Source of the DNA: Lachnospiraceae bacterium
GTDB taxonomy: Bacteria > Bacillota > Clostridia > Lachnospirales > Lachnospiraceae
Assembly (NCBI GenBank): GCA_022781985.1
Contig: JALESH010000030.1
Coordinates: 3,474-67,473 of the forward strand
Reading direction: 5' to 3'
DNA length: 64,000 nt
Positions 60,815-64,000 of this stretch are shown here, piece by piece. Each line of letters opens with the position of its first letter. The stretch's first letter is position 1. The translations under genes were made by a program, and so were the position numbers. Under the pieces are notes generated by a model, which worked only from the letters and a program-made list of their open reading frames with translations, had not been told where the DNA came from and searched no databases.

Positions 60815-62651
60815 TTACAGGATACTTGGAAAATGCTATGAGGAATGCTTCCGGTACTATGAGGCTGTCTGCTTTAAGGCTTATCCCGGTGAGTACCAGA
60901 CCATCCTGCTGAAAACAGCTTTTTTCCCTGGTATAAATCAGGAGCTGCTGATGCAGGTGTTTGACTGCAGCGAGACGGACAGCAAGAGGATATTAGGCGA
61001 TCTGTGTGAGGTGTATGGGGCACTCATCCCTCAGTCAGAGGGGGAGTATGTCCTGGAAGAATTTCTGAGGATGTTTCTGCAGAAGCGCCAGACCGTCTAT
61101 CTGAATGTGGGGGAGATGGACAGGGTATATAAAAAAGCATACGAATACTATGTATCAGGGGCCAAGTGGAAGGAAGCGGTGAGATATGCCCACTTAAGCG
61201 GTGATATACAGGGAGTGGTGAGATGCCTGCATGAGGCATTGACAGAAAATGAGCTGGAAGGCTGCTGGCAGGATCTGCAGCCTTACCTGGAGAGTGTGCC
61301 GGAGCCCTATGTCACCGGTGATCCTGTCCTCCTCTATGCTTATGCCATGCTGGAAGCACTGTATGGCAATAAAAAGGAGTCTGAGCGTTATGCGGGGATT
61401 TTGGAACGGCGCAGGAGGGAAACACCGGAGGATTCTGAGGAATTTGCTTTACTGCAGTCTGCCTGTGAGTTCCTGCAGGCACATCTGCCCTACCGGGAGC
61501 CGGAGGAGCTGTTCCTTTGGCTGGAGCATACGGATGGCTGCCGGAAATATCCATGGCATAGGATCAGCCTGAGCAGCGGGCAGCCCAGCTTTCTCCATGG
61601 AGACAGAGACTTCAGCATATATATGGGCGGCAGGGAGGCTCTGGAAAAAGCGGCAGAAGGGCTGAAGGCCCTTATGCAGGATGACTGTGACGGCATCCAG
61701 GAGGTGATCCTGGGGGAGGTCGCCTATGAAAAGGGTGACCTGGATGAGGCGGTGACGCTGCTGGCAAAGGGGATCAGCAGCGCCTCAGGCAAGAATGAGG
61801 AGACAGTATATGTAGCAAGCATGCTGCTGGCTAAGATCATGTACGTAAGGAACCAGCCGGAGCAGGCCCGGAATGTGGTAAGGGGAATGGAGCGCAGGCT
61901 GGCAGGAAGTGACAGCCTGTATGCCAGAGCCAATCTGGAGGCCTTTCAGATCTATATCCGTATGCTGCAGGGGGAAAGCCGGGCGGCAGCGGATTGGGCC
62001 CGGTACAGTGCCCCTCAGGAGCAGGATGTGTTCATTACCCTGGACAGCTACTGCTATATGGTAAAGATCTATGCTTATATCATGATGGACCATACAGAAA
62101 CTGCCCTGCTGATCCTGTACCGGATCCTGTCATATGCCAGGGAATATCACAGGAAGTACGACGAGCTGCACATGCGTCTGCTTGAAATCATCATCCTGTA
62201 TGGAAAAAAGGGAAGGAAATGGGTGACCATGCTGGGGGAGCTACTGGAGGAAACCCAGCAGTATGGCATGGTGCGTCTGTATGCGGACCGGGGGGCTCTG
62301 CTGTACCCTGTATTAAAAAGCTATGAGGAGTACAGAAAAACGGAAGATACAGGCAGAACCATAGACCCCGGCTATTATAAAAAGATAAGGGAACAGACCG
62401 GGAATTTAGCCCTGGTTTACCCCGGCTTCAGTACGCAGAAAAAGGAATATGAGGAGCTGAACCGGCACGAGCAGGATGTACTCAGGCTGCTCTGTGGAGG
62501 GCTGAAAAATGCAGAGATTGCAGACCGTCTGTTTGTGACGGAAAACACGGTGAAATATCATCTTAAAAAGATATATCAGAAGCTGCAGGTGGGCAGCCGC
62601 AATGAAGCGGTCGCTAGGGCCATGGAACTGGAAATGAAAGGGCAGGAGTGA
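60807..62651 (+). CDS. LuxR-family transcriptional regulator, helical/TPR-like sensor region + C-terminal HTH (MalT/LAL-type, lacking its own NTPase)
   Basis: The C-terminal L..HEQDVLRLLCGGLKNAEIADRLFVTENTVKYHLKKIYQKLQV.SRNEAV.RA is a classic LuxR/FixJ HTH. The upstream roughly 540 aa are alpha-helical repeat-like. Confidence 0.8.
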   Translation: MLDYRILGKCYEECFRYYEAVCFKAYPGEYQTILLKTAFFPGINQELLMQVFDCSETDSKRILGDLCEVYGALIPQSEGEYVLEEFLRMFLQKRQTVYLNVGEMDRVYKKAYEYYVSGAKWKEAVRYAHLSGDIQGVVRCLHEALTENELEGCWQDLQPYLESVPEPYVTGDPVLLYAYAMLEALYGNKKESERYAGILERRRRETPEDSEEFALLQSACEFLQAHLPYREPEELFLWLEHTDGCRKYPWHRISLSSGQPSFLHGDRDFSIYMGGREALEKAAEGLKALMQDDCDGIQEVILGEVAYEKGDLDEAVTLLAKGISSASGKNEETVYVASMLLAKIMYVRNQPEQARNVVRGMERRLAGSDSLYARANLEAFQIYIRMLQGESRAAADWARYSAPQEQDVFITLDSYCYMVKIYAYIMMDHTETALLILYRILSYAREYHRKYDELHMRLLEIIILYGKKGRKWVTMLGELLEETQQYGMVRLYADRGALLYPVLKSYEEYRKTEDTGRTIDPGYYKKIREQTGNLALVYPGFSTQKKEYEELNRHEQDVLRLLCGGLKNAEIADRLFVTENTVKYHLKKIYQKLQVGSRNEAVARAMELEMKGQE

Positions 62652-62662
62652 CGGAGGAAGAT

Positions 62663-63532
62663 ATGGCGGAGTATGACAGCCGGGATAGGAAACAGAAGAC
62701 AAGGGAGGAGAGCAGAAAAAGGCTGAAGGAGACAGTCTGGCGTCTGACGGCGCCCGTACATGTGACCTTAAATTCTTATAAGGAGCACGAGAGGATCGAG
62801 GGCTACTATGAATTTAAGGACTACAGGCATGTTTTTCAGTGCGACAGGCTGCTGAAGCTGGAAACTGTGTACGGAAGGGTGCAGATGGGCTACAATCCCA
62901 ATCGCAGGAGAAGCTTTCTCTTTGCCAATATGAAGACCAATCTCTACGATACGGTCAGCTTTGGCTATCAGAAGAGCATGAAGGAATATCAGCGGCGGCC
63001 GGAGCAGAAGCGGGGAGGCAAAAATATGGCCTATGTGTCAGGCCGGAAAAAAAATGCTGCAGTTCTGCTGGAGAAAACAGAGAGCAGGCCCTGGTCTGAA
63101 GGTGCGCTAAGACCCTATTTCCACAATGCCAATCTGGAGGTCATACTGAAGACGATGCCCTTTTTCCATGCGGAGGCGGAGCGGGAACAGCTGCAGCAGG
63201 TCCGGGAAAGGATGCGCCTGCTGCAGGAGCAGGTCCGGGATAATGCCCGGAAGGGGGAATATGAAAGAAACAGGGGTCTGCAGCAGAGGCTCCGTGAGCT
63301 GGGAGAGGAGTCGGAGCTTCTGCAGTCCATATTGCGCAGGAAGGATGCAGGAAGAAGGGGTTTTATCCGAAAAATCAACTATGCCTTTGATATAGAGAAG
63401 CACCAGATGTTCCAATATTACAGAGAGCAGAGGCTGAAGTCATCCCGGGAACAGATATCCGCCATCGATCAGCAGGCGGATGAGGAGGGTAATTCTTCGG
63501 AGAATAAGGAGCAGAGCGATCAGAATGAATAA
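62663..63532 (+). CDS. hypothetical protein (charged, coiled-coil-rich C-terminal half)
   Basis: ATG at 62663 follows GGAGG; the track's GTG at 62648 overlaps the upstream stop. No family recognised. The sequence is Lys/Arg/Glu-rich, with heptad-like runs (REQLQQVRERMRLLQEQVRD). Confidence 0.5.
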   Translation: MAEYDSRDRKQKTREESRKRLKETVWRLTAPVHVTLNSYKEHERIEGYYEFKDYRHVFQCDRLLKLETVYGRVQMGYNPNRRRSFLFANMKTNLYDTVSFGYQKSMKEYQRRPEQKRGGKNMAYVSGRKKNAAVLLEKTESRPWSEGALRPYFHNANLEVILKTMPFFHAEAEREQLQQVRERMRLLQEQVRDNARKGEYERNRGLQQRLRELGEESELLQSILRRKDAGRRGFIRKINYAFDIEKHQMFQYYREQRLKSSREQISAIDQQADEEGNSSENKEQSDQNE

Positions 63533-64000
63533 AGGGAAGTTTTTTGAGGAGGCATGCCGGATCCTTGAGCTGTCGGAGGAAGAAAAAAGACTGGCTGAGG
63601 AGCTTTTGGAGGGGCCGGCTGCCCTGGATAAGATAAAGAACAGGGGAGGGGGTAATCTGTCTCCTGTTTTTGCACATATGCAGGACCGGGTATGCCTGTA
63701 CCCTGTCTTTATGGCCTACGTCAACGGAGAGCTGCCTGCAGCAGAGAGCGGGGAGCTGCCTCCCGGGATGGAGCTGCTGTTTCCCCGGCAGGAAAAGCTC
63801 TATGGGGAGAGGGAGGTCGTGGAGGACCTACAGAGCCTGTTTGAAGACAGGAACCAGGACAGGCCTCTTTGCTGCGTGGTGCTGGAAAATGAGGAAGGGA
63901 GCTCCCGTTTCGCAGCAGAGCAGGCGGCCTGCCGGCTGGGCATGCCCCTGCTTCTATGGGATGGCGTGGAGACAGCGTGGCCGGAGCTTTTGCTGACTGC
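63525..64000 (+). CDS. hypothetical protein, 3'-truncated by window edge
   Basis: This ORF is not in the supplied track because it has no stop in the window. The ATG at 63525 overlaps the upstream gene by 8 nt. I translated 158 codons by hand (MNKGKFFEEACRILELSEEEKRLAEELLEGPAALDKIKNRGGG...AACRLGMPLLLWDGVETAWPELLLT) and found no stop. Its composition looks far more protein-like than the Cys/Arg/Trp-rich track ORF 63670..63996. Confidence 0.5.
   Translation, partial: MNKGKFFEEACRILELSEEEKRLAEELLEGPAALDKIKNRGGGNLSPVFAHMQDRVCLYPVFMAYVNGELPAAESGELPPGMELLFPRQEKLYGEREVVEDLQSLFEDRNQDRPLCCVVLENEEGSSRFAAEQAACRLGMPLLLWDGVETAWPELLLT

Noticed and set aside
63670-63996. 108-aa plus-strand track ORF
   Set aside because: It is Cys/Arg/Trp-rich and implausible as a protein. 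A different frame, open from the ATG at 63525 to the window end, gives a protein-like sequence and overlaps the upstream gene in operon fashion.
1-64000. rRNA, tRNA, riboswitch, CRISPR, IS element or prophage content
   Set aside because: Intergenic gaps are short, at most about 200 nt, and are explained by promoters and terminators. I recognised no cloverleaf-like or conserved leader structures, no repeat-spacer arrays and no recombinase genes.

Overview
This 64-kb window has every convincing gene on the plus strand. It looks like a moderately high-GC Firmicute, probably Clostridia/Lachnospiraceae-like. That taxonomic call is an inference from a Spo0A-type DNA-binding domain, SLH anchoring, SpoIIAA/AB/E-type genes and TGnTAnAAT extended -10 promoters.

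Nt 1-53.5k form a composite cell-surface glycan super-locus:
- GDP-fucose and GDP-mannose genes.
- A WbaP-type initiating transferase, a Wzz-like protein and an EpsG-type polymerase.
- A visibly lower-GC, self-contained gene for an SLH-anchored M64 (IgA-protease-family) metalloprotease.
- A pseudaminic acid pathway (pseB, pseC, a pseG fusion, pseF, pseI) with an ATP-grasp enzyme and a GT52-like transferase.
- Three GtrB/ArnC-like polyprenyl-phosphate GT2 enzymes, one fused to a GNAT domain.
- A YdjC-family deacetylase, GtrA, an MsbA/PglK-like ABC exporter, an acyltransferase-3 and a WecE-like transaminase.
- At least five large polytopic GT-C-like membrane proteins and an 896-aa O-antigen-ligase-like protein.
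- A bacillosamine-type module (PglF/PglE/PglC-like) with an ATP-grasp enzyme where an acetyltransferase is expected.

Nt 53.6-60.2k appear to be one operon in which a C-A-T-R NRPS sits inside a partner-switching module (STAS, PP2C, anti-sigma-type kinase) with no sigma factor gene in the window. This is my top candidate for an undescribed system. The second candidate is an Arn/NaxD-like logic for installing a free-amine sugar on a Gram-positive surface polymer.

Nt 60.2-64k hold a two-ORF LAL/MalT-type LuxR regulator and two unknown ORFs, the last running off the window.

I recognised no rRNA, tRNA, CRISPR array, transposase or integrase. All long minus-strand ORFs are judged to be shadow ORFs. 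All functional calls come from reading the translations and recalling family motifs; no database search was run.
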